A stretch of DNA of 64,000 nucleotides from an uncultured Gemmatimonadales bacterium (GCA_963783305.1 CAWAMW010000016.1:256001-320000), one strand, 5' to 3'. Positions 1 to 12,344 are shown, numbered from the stretch's first letter. Notes: a model not told the origin generated them from the sequence alone. Made by a program: numbers and translations.

Positions 1-302
1 AGGATGACGAAGAGGCCGTTCATGTTCACGTCCCACGCCTTCTGCGGCACTCCCTCGGCCGTGGCGGAGAGGATCGCCGCCAGGTGGTAGACGGTGTCGA
101 TCCCCTCGTCGGTGATGACCGTCTCCACCGCGCCCTCGTCGGTGCAGTCGAGCTCGCGGAACCGGGCGCCGTTCGGGAGCGGGTCCGCCGGCTCCTTGAT
201 GTCCGTCGCCACCACTTCCGCCCCTTCGTATCGTTCCAGAAGGGCAGGGACCAGCTCCGTGCCGATCTGACCCGACGCTCCCGTGACCAGGATCCGCTTC
301 AT
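1..302 (-). CDS. NAD-dependent epimerase/dehydratase family protein, L-threonine 3-dehydrogenase-like (3' end outside window)
   Basis: Manual translation from ATG at 302: MKRILVTGASGQIGTELV...VYHLAAILSATAEGVPQKAWDVNMNG; Rossmann GxxGxxG and HLAAILSA motifs. Confidence 0.85.
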   Translation of the reverse strand, partial: MKRILVTGASGQIGTELVPALLERYEGAEVVATDIKEPADPLPNGARFRELDCTDEGAVETVITDEGIDTVYHLAAILSATAEGVPQKAWDVNMNGLFVI

Positions 303-458
303 GTCGCGCCTCGAATGCTACGCTTCCGCGCCATCGTCCCGACCGAAGGATGGCGTTCGTGAGCTGTCGGCCGGCGGCTGATCGTACGTCGAGTGCGGCA
401 CCACGGGCAAGGCAGTGCGGCGCCTCGGCGCGGCACGCCCGAGAGTGGGGGCTTCGGC

Positions 459-1595
459 TCAGTTCAACAGGATCTCCACCACCCGTCGCGCGATCCCCGC
501 GTGCCCCACCCCACCCGTGTTGCCCAGAACCGAAACGGCAATGCCGTCATCGGGCAGGAGGATGAGCATCGCCGTGGCCCCCGTGGACCCGCCGCTGTGC
601 GCGACCGCTCGCCGCCCCTCGATCTCCCCCACCGTCCACCCCAGCCCGTACGAGACCTCTCCCTCCGGGGTCTGGCGACGCCACATCTCCGCCCGCGCGG
701 CGTCGCTCAGCACCGCGCCATCCGCCACGCCCAGCGCGAAGTTCACCAGGTCCGCGGCCGTGGCCACCAGGCCGCCGCCCGCCCACTTGTTCGACAGGTC
801 CACCGCCGGCGCATTCAGCCAGCTACCGCTCCGTCCCCGGGAGTAGAACCGGGCGTGCCCGGCCAGCACAGAGTCCGCCCACTCCGGCCGGAGCCGGAGC
901 AGGCCCAGCGGACGCGTCACCTCGTCCCGCAGGATCTCCACCCACGTCCGCGCCCCGTCGGCCGCCTCCGTCACCGCGCTCACCACCGTCCAGCCGTACG
1001 TCGAATAGCTGTAATCGGTGCCCGGCTCGAACAGCAGCGAGTCCGCCCAGAACACCGCCAGCGGCGCCCTCACGTCCTCGTAGCGCTCCGCGCTCAGGAA
1101 CTCAGCGCCCCGGTAGTGTCGCACGCCGGCCGTATGGCTCATGAGCTGGCGGGTGGTGATGCGCGCGTTGTCCACGGGGTACTCCGGCAGGTACGACGAG
1201 ATCGGCGCGTCCAGATCCAGCGCCCCCCGGTCCCACAGCGCCATGGCCGCCACCGCGGCGATCGGCTTCGAGATGGAGCCGACGCGGCTCAGCATCCCGC
1301 CATCGGCCTCTACCCGGTTCTGCAGGTCGGCGTAGCCGAACCCGCCGGTCCACGCCAGCCGACCGTCGACGGCGATGGCGGCGCTGAGGCCCGCGACCCC
1401 CGACGTGTCCTGGTGGACCCGGAGCGCTTCGACCGCGCGGGCGAGCCGATCCCCCACCGGCTCGCCGACGGGGGCGCCCAGCTGAGCCGCCGCGGGTGCC
1501 GCCGTGAGCGCCAGCGTGAGAAGGATGGCGGCGGCACGAGCCAGGAGGGCGGCGGGTCGGACGCGGGAGTGCGCGGCGCAGGCCATGGTCGTCAC
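459..1595 (-). CDS. Secreted serine hydrolase, beta-lactamase/AmpC-like family
   Basis: Signal peptide ending APAAAQ; SxxK (SISK), LMSHTAG, YSYST and HSG motifs. Confidence 0.9.
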   Translation of the reverse strand: MTTMACAAHSRVRPAALLARAAAILLTLALTAAPAAAQLGAPVGEPVGDRLARAVEALRVHQDTSGVAGLSAAIAVDGRLAWTGGFGYADLQNRVEADGGMLSRVGSISKPIAAVAAMALWDRGALDLDAPISSYLPEYPVDNARITTRQLMSHTAGVRHYRGAEFLSAERYEDVRAPLAVFWADSLLFEPGTDYSYSTYGWTVVSAVTEAADGARTWVEILRDEVTRPLGLLRLRPEWADSVLAGHARFYSRGRSGSWLNAPAVDLSNKWAGGGLVATAADLVNFALGVADGAVLSDAARAEMWRRQTPEGEVSYGLGWTVGEIEGRRAVAHSGGSTGATAMLILLPDDGIAVSVLGNTGGVGHAGIARRVVEILLN

Positions 1596-2785
1596 AGCTC
1601 CCGCAGGCGTCTACCCGCCTCTTCCAGCGTCTGGATCTTCTTGCAGAAAGCGAAGCGGATGAGGTCGCGGCCGGCGGCGGGGTCGTGGAAGAAGCTGGAG
1701 CCGGGCACGGCCGCGACGCCGATCCCCGCGGCCATGCGTCGGGCGAAGGTGTCGGAGTCGGCGTCGCTGAGGCCGGAGAACCCGGCGAGGATGTAGTAGG
1801 CGCCCTCGGGTGCGGAGCAGTCGAAGCCGGCGGTCACGAGGGCGTGGTGGAGCACGTCGCGTCGCTCTCGATAGTCCTGGGCGAGCCCGCTGTAGTAGCC
1901 GTCCTCCAGCGTCTCGAGTCCCGCGGCCACGGCGTCCTGGAGCGGTGCCGGCGCGCCCACGGTGAGGAAGTCGTGGACCTTCCGGATCGCGTCGGTGAGG
2001 TCCGGCGGCGCCACGATCCAGCCCACGCGCCAGCCGGTCACGCTGAACGTCTTCGATGCCCCGCTGATGGTGACCGTCCGCTCCCGCATCCCGTCCAGCG
2101 TGGCCAGCGGGATGTGGTCTCCGTCATAACGGATGTGCTCGTAGATCTCGTCGGTGAAGGCGATGGCGTCGTGACGACGGCACAGCTCCGCCACCGCCTC
2201 CAGCTCCACACGCGTGAACACGTGGCCGGTGGGGTTGTTCGGCGTGTTCAGAACGATGGCGCGGGTCCGATCGCTGAACGCAGCCCGGAGCCGGTCCAGG
2301 TCGAGAGCGAACGAGAGCCCGCCACCGTGCGCGCCGCCGTCGTGGCTGCGCTCCATGGGCACCCAGACCGGGGTGGCGCCGCACAGGATCGCGTCCGGGC
2401 CGTAGTTCTCGTAGAACGGCTCGATGAGCACCACCTCGTCGCCCGGGTCCACCACCGCCAGGAGCGCCGCGGCCATGGCCTCCGTGGCGCCACATGTCAC
2501 GGTGAGCTCCCGGTCCGGATCCAGCGACCAGTCATACCAGCGACCATACACCTCGTGCAGCGCCCGACGCACCCGCGGCGACCCCCAGGTCACCGCGTAC
2601 TGGTTCAGATCACGCCGGATCGCCTCGCACGCGGCCGCCTTGAGCGCCTCCGGCGCAGGAAAGTCGGGGAACCCCTGCGCCAGGTTCAGCGCCTCATGCA
2701 TGTCGGCGACGCGCGTCATCTCGCGGATCACCGATTCGGTGAAGCCGTGCGTCCGGCGGGCGGTGCGGAGGGGTAGGCTCATCAT
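1592..2785 (-). CDS. PLP-dependent class I/II aminotransferase (methionine/kynurenine aminotransferase-like)
   Basis: NLAQGFPDF, NTPNNPTG, DEIYEH, SKTFSVTGWRVG; start moved to MMSLPLR. Confidence 0.92.
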   Translation of the reverse strand: MMSLPLRTARRTHGFTESVIREMTRVADMHEALNLAQGFPDFPAPEALKAAACEAIRRDLNQYAVTWGSPRVRRALHEVYGRWYDWSLDPDRELTVTCGATEAMAAALLAVVDPGDEVVLIEPFYENYGPDAILCGATPVWVPMERSHDGGAHGGGLSFALDLDRLRAAFSDRTRAIVLNTPNNPTGHVFTRVELEAVAELCRRHDAIAFTDEIYEHIRYDGDHIPLATLDGMRERTVTISGASKTFSVTGWRVGWIVAPPDLTDAIRKVHDFLTVGAPAPLQDAVAAGLETLEDGYYSGLAQDYRERRDVLHHALVTAGFDCSAPEGAYYILAGFSGLSDADSDTFARRMAAGIGVAAVPGSSFFHDPAAGRDLIRFAFCKKIQTLEEAGRRLREL

Positions 2786-3306
2786 GCTCCGGCTGGGCTT
2801 CGGCCGCGTACGGCCAGGGGCGGAGGCCAGATGGGAGCGTAGATAACACCGTCGCGCCAGGCAAGTCTGGACCACCTTCTCAGCCGCGCCTGCTGGATCG
2901 TTCCCGCAAGGGACGACGGTCTCGTGGCCGCCGCCTGTCCCGACCTGCAGCCGCTACGCCCCTCCACCCTGTTCATGACTCGCCGCCGAGATGCCGTCCG
3001 GCCGCACCCTCCTCTTCATCGAGCGCCCCCGCACCGCCCGCCCCGAGGAAGGCGATGACACGCCGCCACGCCGCTACTGGATCCCCTTCTGGAAATACGC
3101 GTTCGGCGCGGAGATCGATGTTCGATGCGATGCTCGAGGCGCTGATCGAGGCGATTCAGTGAGGGGCTCGATGCGATGACCGAGGATCGAGGATCGATGC
3201 GAAGCTCGATGATCGCTCGCCCCGAGTTTGCATCCAGTAGAGAAATGCCGGAGAATACGCTCCTGGTACACCGAGGGCGTACGCGATTTCATTCGAGGGA
3301 CATGTC

Positions 3307-6009
<2,703 letters not shown>

Positions 6010-6023
6010 CCTTACCGCGAACA

Positions 6024-6264
6024 CGGACGGTGCACCGGACGCCGGTTTTCCTCCAGGGAAAGCCGGCGTCCGGCGCTTTCCGGGGGCGGAATCGCTGATT
6101 CACGGGGGCTAGATGGGCCAGCTGCATGGCCGAGCGAGTCAAAACCGGCGATTGGTGCACCGTCCGCAGAGCGGGACTGGTCAAATCTGCCGGTCAACCC
6201 CGATTCATTGGGACGCGGGCCTTGCCAAACGAGCCAAAACCGGCGAATGGTGCACCGTCCGCAG
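6024..6264. repeat. Three copies of motif AAAACCGGCG-N3-GGTGCACCGTCCG (one inverted, two direct)
   Basis: Inverted copy 6024-6049; 35-bp direct copies 6135-6169 and 6230-6264 differ at 2 positions. Confidence 0.85.
6035..6080 (+). terminator. GC-rich hairpin after acnA, possible intrinsic terminator
   Basis: ccggacgccggttttcc pairs with ggaaagccggcgtccgg, followed by cgcttttcc. Confidence 0.55.
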
Positions 6265-6291
6265 GCGAGCGCGAACTCCCCCTGTGACGCC

Positions 6292-7359
6292 ATGTACGCC
6301 ACCTGCATCTTCTGCAGCACCCGTCTCGGCACCAACGAAGTCATCGAGGAGTTTCCCGTGGGGCGGCGCCTGGCGTTCGATCCGCGCAAGGGCCGGCTCT
6401 GGGCGCTCTGCCCGCGCTGCCGGCAGTGGAACCTCTCGCCGATCGAGGAGCGTTGGGAGGCGCTGGAATCGCTGGAGCGGCTCTACCGCGACACCGCCAC
6501 CCGCTACAGCACGGGTGAGGTCGGCCTCGCCCGCCACGCGGAGGGCCTCGAGGTGGTTCGCATCGGTCGACCCGAGCTCCCCGAGTATGCCTCCTGGCGC
6601 TACGGCGCCGAGCTTTCCCGTCGTCGGCGGCGGGCGGTGCTGATCGGCGCGGGCGCGGTCGCGGTGGGCGGGCTGGCCCTCGGTGGAATAGGGACCGGAA
6701 TCATCGCGGGCGGCGCGGTGTCCCTGCTGAACGTGGCCAGCGGTGGCGCGAACCTCTACCGGAACGTCCTTCGAAACGCGGCCACCCTGGAGCTGCCGGA
6801 GGGGGGCCGAGCGGTGCTGAAGCAGCGGCACGCCGAGCGGGCGGCCATCGCGAGAGAAGGGGACGCGTGGGCGCTCTCCTTTCCGTACCTGATCCCTGCC
6901 GCCGGCCTCAGTATCCATGCGGTCCGGTGGGCTGCCGGTGCGCTCAACGTGAAGAACGACCCCGTCGCCACCCTGACCGGCGATGAGGCCGTTCGGGCCG
7001 CCGGGCGTATCCTGCCGGCGCTGAACCGCGCGGGGGCCTCCAGTCGCGCGATCGACCAGGCGGCTCGGTTCGTACAGGAGAACCCGTCCGCCTACGACGC
7101 CTTCCTCCGGGCGGTGGGCACGGTGCCATCCGCCTGGCGAGCCCTCCACTCCCCGTTGACGTCGCCGCAGAACGCCCTGTACCGCCTCCCCGGACCCGTC
7201 CGACTCGGTCTCGAGATGGCCGCCCACGAAGACGCGGAACGCCGGGCGCTGGAAGGCGAGCTCGCCCGGCTCCAGGCCGAGTGGCGGGAGGCCGAGGAGA
7301 TCGCCGCAATCGCCGACGACCTGCTCCTGCCCGACCGCGCCCGCCGCTTCTTCCGCTAG
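6292..7359 (+). CDS. Hypothetical protein with N-terminal CxxC...CxxC zinc-ribbon and a glycine-rich hydrophobic segment
   Basis: MYATCIFC...LCPRCRQW; GAGAVAVGGLALGGIGTGIIAGG; coiled-coil-like C-terminus; host-like codon bias. Confidence 0.8.
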   Translation: MYATCIFCSTRLGTNEVIEEFPVGRRLAFDPRKGRLWALCPRCRQWNLSPIEERWEALESLERLYRDTATRYSTGEVGLARHAEGLEVVRIGRPELPEYASWRYGAELSRRRRRAVLIGAGAVAVGGLALGGIGTGIIAGGAVSLLNVASGGANLYRNVLRNAATLELPEGGRAVLKQRHAERAAIAREGDAWALSFPYLIPAAGLSIHAVRWAAGALNVKNDPVATLTGDEAVRAAGRILPALNRAGASSRAIDQAARFVQENPSAYDAFLRAVGTVPSAWRALHSPLTSPQNALYRLPGPVRLGLEMAAHEDAERRALEGELARLQAEWREAEEIAAIADDLLLPDRARRFFR

Positions 7360-7430
7360 GGCCTTTCCCTCCGGTCCTCGCCCGTTAACTTCCCGCTCGA
7401 CACGAGCCACGGGGCGGGAGAGCGAGCACC

Positions 7431-7790
7431 ATGAGGCAGAACGTACGACCCGAGCGGGTGGAGCCCACCGAGAACGGCAGGCGCCTGCGCATCGTCTGGC
7501 GGGACGGCCACGTGACGGAGCTGCGGCCGCGGGCCATACGGCTGGCGTGCCCATGCGCGGGGTGCGTGGACGAGTTCACGGGGAAGCCGATCCTGAACCC
7601 GGCGGCGGTCCCGTCGGACATCAACCCGGTGTCCATCGACTACGTGGGCCGCTACGCCCTCAAGTTCGTCTGGCCCGATGGCCACGACACCGGCATGTAC
7701 CCCTGGGACCTGCTGCGCTCCCTCTGCGAATGCGACGAGTGCGCCGTGGACATCCCCGACCACCCCCGGCCTCGCGGTGGGGAGGAATAG
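7431..7790 (+). CDS. DUF971 / gamma-butyrobetaine hydroxylase N-terminal-like protein
   Basis: CPCAGC, VGRYAL and W.DGHDTGMY motifs; GGGAG RBS. Confidence 0.88.
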   Translation: MRQNVRPERVEPTENGRRLRIVWRDGHVTELRPRAIRLACPCAGCVDEFTGKPILNPAAVPSDINPVSIDYVGRYALKFVWPDGHDTGMYPWDLLRSLCECDECAVDIPDHPRPRGGEE

Positions 7791-7794
7791 AACC

Positions 7795-8466
7795 ATGGGC
7801 GTGAGATCGATGATCCGCGGGCTCTTCACGGCGGGGCAGGGCGTGATCGCTGGAGTGGACGAGGCCGCCCTGGCGGAAGAGGACGCCGGTCGGGATCCCC
7901 TGGTCCTCTTCGACCGCTGGTTCTCCGAGGCCCGCGACGCGGGCATCTACCTGTACGAGGCCATGACCGTCGCGACCGCCACCGCCGATGGCCTCCCGTC
8001 GGCCCGCCAGGTCCTCCTCAAGGACCACGGCCCCGATGGCTTCGTCTTCTACACGAATTACGACAGCCGGAAGGCCGCCGAGCTCGAGGCGAACCCGCGC
8101 GCCGCGCTCCTCCTGCACTGGCCCACCCTCCACCGCCAGGTCCGGGTCGAGGGTCGCGTGGAGCGGACCACGACCGCGGAGTCCGAGGCCTACCACCGGA
8201 GCCGACCCCGCGGCAGCCGGATCGCCGCCTGGGCCTCCCGGCAGAGCGCCGAGATCGACAGCCGCGCCGCCCTCGAGGCGCGCTTCCGCGAGTGCGACGC
8301 CGAGCACCCCGGCGAGGACGTCCCGCTGCCACCCTTCTGGGGCGGCTATCGCGTGATCCCCGAGCACATCGAGTTCTGGCAGGGCCGCGCCAATCGGATG
8401 CACGACCGGATCGTCTACCGCCGCGAGGGGGAAGGGAAGTGGGAAGTCGTCCGCCTCTCCCCCTGA
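7795..8466 (+). CDS. pdxH: Pyridoxine/pyridoxamine 5'-phosphate oxidase
   Basis: PSARQVLLK, FYTNYDSRK, RQVRVEG, WGGYRV, EFWQGRANRMHDR. Confidence 0.95.
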   Translation: MGVRSMIRGLFTAGQGVIAGVDEAALAEEDAGRDPLVLFDRWFSEARDAGIYLYEAMTVATATADGLPSARQVLLKDHGPDGFVFYTNYDSRKAAELEANPRAALLLHWPTLHRQVRVEGRVERTTTAESEAYHRSRPRGSRIAAWASRQSAEIDSRAALEARFRECDAEHPGEDVPLPPFWGGYRVIPEHIEFWQGRANRMHDRIVYRREGEGKWEVVRLSP

Positions 8467-8489
8467 CGATCACCCCCCACGCGAGGCGA

Positions 8490-8630
8490 AGCCGAGCAGT
8501 AGAGAGCGAGCGCCAGCGAGCGGTCGATAGCGGTCGCGAAGCGCCGCGCTCGATAGCTGGCGCGGAGCGCCGCGTTCGATAGCTGGCGCGGAGCGCCGCG
8601 CTCGATAGGGAGCGACGCGACCGTTCGCTC
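8490..8630. repeat. 26-bp tandem repeat (TCGATAGCTGGCGCGGAGCGCCGCG[C/T]) between convergent genes
   Basis: TCGATAG recurs at 8524, 8550, 8576 and 8602. Confidence 0.9.
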
Positions 8631-9717
8631 ACCACCACCCCGCCGCCTCCACCGCCCACTCCCGCTCCACCCCGCCATCGCGGACGCCATAGACCCGCGG
8701 CTGCAGGTTCACCGACACGCACACGTGGTTCGGTATGATGCGCACCCGGTCGCCCACCGCCGGACGCCAGTCGCTGCGGCCCAGGTCCAGCACCCCGTGC
8801 TCCTCCGACATCCGCGTCACCACCACCTCGGGGTGGTCCAGGAGCTGTCCGAAGCCCCCGTGCCCTTCCGCGCGGAACGGGTCGCTGGACAGCGCCTTCG
8901 ACCCCGCGTCCACCACCGCCTGCCCCGCCACCGCCGTGCTCACCACCGTCGCCAGCACCGTATAGGCGCAGTCGTCCCAGTCGCACGCACCGAGGGCCGC
9001 GGTCGTGCGGTCGTTGAAGACGTAGGTCCCGGGCCGGATCTCCGTCTGGTGCGGGACCTCGTGCGATCGGAAGGCCGTGGGGGTCGAGCCCCCGCTCACG
9101 ATCTCCGGCGCCAGCCCGTCGTCACCCAGCCGCTGGACCGTCTCCGCGAGCGTGCCCGCCAGGGCCGCGAGCTTCTCGTCCTGCTCCTCCACGCGCTCGC
9201 GGATGTGGCCGGGATAGAACATGAGGCCGCGGTACACGGCGCCGTCCCCGCACGCCCGGGCGATCTCCGCCGCCTCGGCCGGGTCGTGTACGCCGCACCG
9301 GCGCATCCCGACGTCGAGTTCCACAAGCACTCCCACGGAATGGCCCAGGCCCGACGCGGCGAGCGCCGCCTGCAGCGACCGCACGGCGGTCACCGAGTCC
9401 AGGGCGATCAGCGTCGGCCGTTCCCCCGCCAGCCGCGCTACCGCCCCGGCCCGCGCTCCCAGCGCCGGGTACGCCACGAGCACCTCCGGCGCCGCGGGTC
9501 CGACTCGCTCCGCCTCGATCGGCGTGGCGACCGTCACCCCGGCCGCCCCGAGCCTCACCTGTGACTCCGCAAGCCAGCGCGACTTGTGAGTCTTGATGTG
9601 CGGCCGAAGCCGCAGCCCATGCGCGTCCACATACCGCTGCATGTGCTCCAGGTTCGACTCCAGCCGGTCCAGGTCCACCAGCGCCGCCGGCGTTCGGATC
9701 TCTTCGTAATGGCTCAT
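8629..9717 (-). CDS. D-threonine aldolase / D-serine dehydratase (DSD1) family PLP enzyme, alanine racemase fold
   Basis: RPHIKTHK, SGGSTPT, EIRPGTYVFND, DAGSKALS, SEEHG, IPNHVC. Confidence 0.92.
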   Translation of the reverse strand: MSHYEEIRTPAALVDLDRLESNLEHMQRYVDAHGLRLRPHIKTHKSRWLAESQVRLGAAGVTVATPIEAERVGPAAPEVLVAYPALGARAGAVARLAGERPTLIALDSVTAVRSLQAALAASGLGHSVGVLVELDVGMRRCGVHDPAEAAEIARACGDGAVYRGLMFYPGHIRERVEEQDEKLAALAGTLAETVQRLGDDGLAPEIVSGGSTPTAFRSHEVPHQTEIRPGTYVFNDRTTAALGACDWDDCAYTVLATVVSTAVAGQAVVDAGSKALSSDPFRAEGHGGFGQLLDHPEVVVTRMSEEHGVLDLGRSDWRPAVGDRVRIIPNHVCVSVNLQPRVYGVRDGGVEREWAVEAAGWW

Positions 9718-9817
9718 TGCCCCAACCTCAGGGCGCCGGCCCTGTCCGGCAATCCCTGACCGGCACGCGCCGTGCAAGCCGACCCCGTCCGTGGACGCGT
9801 CACCATAGGAGCAGGGG

Positions 9818-10210
9818 ATGAAGAACAGGCAGTCGGCATGCACAGAGCGCTATCGGCAGGAGGGGCTGCGTGAGCTCGCAGCCGAGCTGAGGGAGTTCAG
9901 CTACGACGGACTGGTCCTCCTCGAGGAGGATCTCAGCGCGGAACGGGTGACCCGGGGTAGCTGGGCGGGGTGCGTACTTTCCTACAAGCGCGGCGCCGCT
10001 GGCTCCACCCGCCGCGACCGGCTCGGGCGCGCCCGCAACGCGCTCACCGTCCTCTGGGACAGCGGCTGGTTCAGCGAGGAGGAAATCCTCGCCGCGGTCA
10101 CGCGGGAACTGGTGCGGAGGGGCGTCCAGCACCCCCGCGACGACGTCGCGGACCCGAGCGAGCCAAAGACGAGGCCGGACGTTGTCGCGGCCGCGAGCGC
10201 GCCGAGCTGA
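9818..10210 (+). CDS. Hypothetical protein
   Basis: GGAG/GGGG before ATG, host-like codon bias, 130 aa. Confidence 0.65.
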   Translation: MKNRQSACTERYRQEGLRELAAELREFSYDGLVLLEEDLSAERVTRGSWAGCVLSYKRGAAGSTRRDRLGRARNALTVLWDSGWFSEEEILAAVTRELVRRGVQHPRDDVADPSEPKTRPDVVAAASAPS

Positions 10211-10237
10211 CCCCCGGCCGCGTCGCCTTCGGCCGCT

Positions 10238-10627
10238 TCATTCGCTCCGGAACGCCTCCCGCTGCTCCGGAAGGATCGGCTGACGGCCGGCGAACCCCGC
10301 GTCCACCTGGTGCCACCATCCGATCTCCGGCTCGCCGTACTTCCAGCACAGGAGCACGGCGCGGCCGGCGTAGCGGCTGTGCCAGTCCACCAGGCCCTCG
10401 CCAAATCCCTTGAACTGGCACCCGAGCTCGTGCAGCTCCGACACCAGCTCCTCGATCGCCTCCGCCCGCTGCCGGACCTCGGCGCCGTCCCGGTCCCCGG
10501 CGGCCATGAGCGGCTCCAGCTCCCGGTACTGCTCCAGGATGTCCTCTACGATCCGCCGCACCAGGGGGAGCGTTCGGTTGGCCTCGTCGTAGGAGAATAA
10601 ACGGGGGTCTGGATGGGTTCCGCGCAT
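10238..10627 (-). CDS. DUF2203 family protein
   Basis: F..EAN..LP, GLVD, LCWKYGE, WH....GFAGR.P motifs. Confidence 0.88.
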   Translation of the reverse strand: MRGTHPDPRLFSYDEANRTLPLVRRIVEDILEQYRELEPLMAAGDRDGAEVRQRAEAIEELVSELHELGCQFKGFGEGLVDWHSRYAGRAVLLCWKYGEPEIGWWHQVDAGFAGRQPILPEQREAFRSE

Positions 10628-10777
10628 GGGGTAGGATACCCTGATCGCCCATGGCGGTCGAGGGGCCGGCCGCGGGATGAAGGATGCTTCACCCGCCCTT
10701 CACGACCTCCTCACGACACCCCCGCTAGTGTGGAGTCTTGCGGGGGGTGCGCCGGCGGACACGCGGAGCGGGGGAGT

Positions 10778-11197
10778 ATGCGCAGGTCGACCGTGGTGAT
10801 CGTGCTCGCCTTGATCGGCGCCGTCCTGATCGGCGTCCGGCGCGCCCGGCATGAGCACGAGGGCCGGCGGATGGATGCGGTGGAGACCAGTCGCATCCGG
10901 GACTGGGCGCGCAGCGAGGGTGGCGCGGGTATCAGTGTCCTGCCGAAACGCGTGCCGGCCGCCGACTCGCGGGAGCTGCGAAAGATCGAAGACCTCCCCG
11001 GCTTCCACGAGTATGCCATGCGCTGCTCCTCCTGCCACGTCCTCCCGGACCCGGCCGCGTACCCCGCCGACCGCTGGCCAGGGAAGGTCCACGAGATGCG
11101 CGAGCACATCCAGAGATCCGGGATGCTGCCGCCGCCCGAGTCCGAGCTGGAGCAGGCGCGGCGGTTCCTCCGCGCGGCGGCCGACTCGCTCCGGTAG
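10778..11197 (+). CDS. Membrane-anchored monoheme c-type cytochrome
   Basis: N-terminal hydrophobic anchor; CxxCH (CSSCH); distal W..KV..M. Confidence 0.75.
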   Translation: MRRSTVVIVLALIGAVLIGVRRARHEHEGRRMDAVETSRIRDWARSEGGAGISVLPKRVPAADSRELRKIEDLPGFHEYAMRCSSCHVLPDPAAYPADRWPGKVHEMREHIQRSGMLPPPESELEQARRFLRAAADSLR

Positions 11198-11402
11198 GTC
11201 AACGGCACTCGATCCACGCCGGACGGTCCTCGTGTGGCACGAGCGCGCAGCGTCACGTAGTATGACCTTCGGGCGTGCGCAGCAGGGATGCGCCGTGTGT
11301 GGTGCCGGCCTCGCTCCCGATCCGGCAGCTACACGATACGGCAGCACTTCGCAGCCGCCCACGCCAGCCCACAATCTCCCTCGCACATCGGCTCCATCCA
11401 CG

Positions 11403-12089
11403 ATGCCCAGCGACAGCGTCTCGACGGCCTACGAAGAGATCCGGACCCGTATCGTCGACGGCCGCCTGCCCCCCGGCGTCCGCCTGGTCGAGCGCGAGAT
11501 CGCCGAGCACCTCGACGTAAGCCGCTCACCGGTCCGCACCGCTCTCCACCGTCTCGAGCAGGAAGGCTTCGTCCTGGCCGCCGGCTGCGGCGTCCGCTCG
11601 CGCCTCATCGTCAGTCCGCTCACCATGGAGGACGCCCGGGAGCTGTACCAGATCGTGGGCTTCCTCGATGGCGTCGCCGCCGCCCGCGCCGCCAACCTCG
11701 AGGCCAACCCCCGCGCTGAGATCGTCGACGAGCTCAAGAGCATCAACACCGAGCTCCGCGCCGCCGCCGTCGACGCCACCTTCCGCCCGGATCGCGTGTA
11801 CGAGCTGCACACCGCCTTCCACTACACCTACATGTCCACTCTCGATACCCCCCGCATGAAGGCGCTCTACGAGGCCAATCGCCCCCAGACCCAGCGCTAC
11901 CGCCACGTCTACAGCAGCGTCCACATGGGCCAGCTGGAGCACTCCATCGACGAGCACGAGACCATCATCTGCGCCATCGAGCAGGGCCACGAGACCCGCG
12001 CCCGGCGCGAAGCCCAGCGCAACTGGGCACGCGCCGCCGAGCGCATCGCCGAGATCATTCAGGTCGCGGGCGAACGCGGCACGTGGTAG
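11403..12089 (+). CDS. GntR family transcriptional regulator (FCD domain)
   Basis: IVDGRLPPGVRLVE..IAEHLDVSRSPVRTAL wHTH; C-terminal FH and EH motifs. Confidence 0.92.
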   Translation: MPSDSVSTAYEEIRTRIVDGRLPPGVRLVEREIAEHLDVSRSPVRTALHRLEQEGFVLAAGCGVRSRLIVSPLTMEDARELYQIVGFLDGVAAARAANLEANPRAEIVDELKSINTELRAAAVDATFRPDRVYELHTAFHYTYMSTLDTPRMKALYEANRPQTQRYRHVYSSVHMGQLEHSIDEHETIICAIEQGHETRARREAQRNWARAAERIAEIIQVAGERGTW

Positions 12090-12097
12090 CGCCCCGT

Positions 12098-12150
12098 TTG
12101 ACAGCCCCGTGTGCCCGGGCGTATCCTGTCTGGTATACCAAACTGTATAC
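12098..12150 (+). promoter_or_regulatory. Sigma70-type promoter with adjacent GntR/FadR-type operator
   Basis: TTGACA (12098)-N18-TATCCT (12122); perfect palindrome TGGTATACCA at 12131-12140 and a second GTATAC at 12145-12150. Confidence 0.7.
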
Positions 12151-12344
12151 CCAGAACACCCACGTCACCCTGCCCACTCGTTGTTCGCAGGTGTCTCCGC
12201 TCATGAAGCATGAGACCAGATCCTGACCGCCCACGGGCGGTCCATCAGGTCGCAGCGGCAGACCACGTGACGCCGGTCCCCGCGGCGGGGCAGCGGCCGC
12301 GGCCATGCTCTCCAAACACCCTTTCCACTCGGAGGTCCAAACAG

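Noticed and set aside
2880..3220. Small ORF 2991-3179 and TCGA-rich low-complexity patch before acnA
   Set aside because: No RBS or recognisable motif, and the repeats are too irregular to define
6135..6264. Two 35-bp repeats as a mini-CRISPR
   Set aside because: Only two direct copies, a 60-bp gap, a third copy inverted, and no cas genes
8524..8610. Possible CRISPR array (also 37921-38014, 57326-57390, 61448-61692, 63261-63375)
   Set aside because: Units are contiguous or have mutually similar intervening sequence, there are no unique spacers, and no cas genes are present
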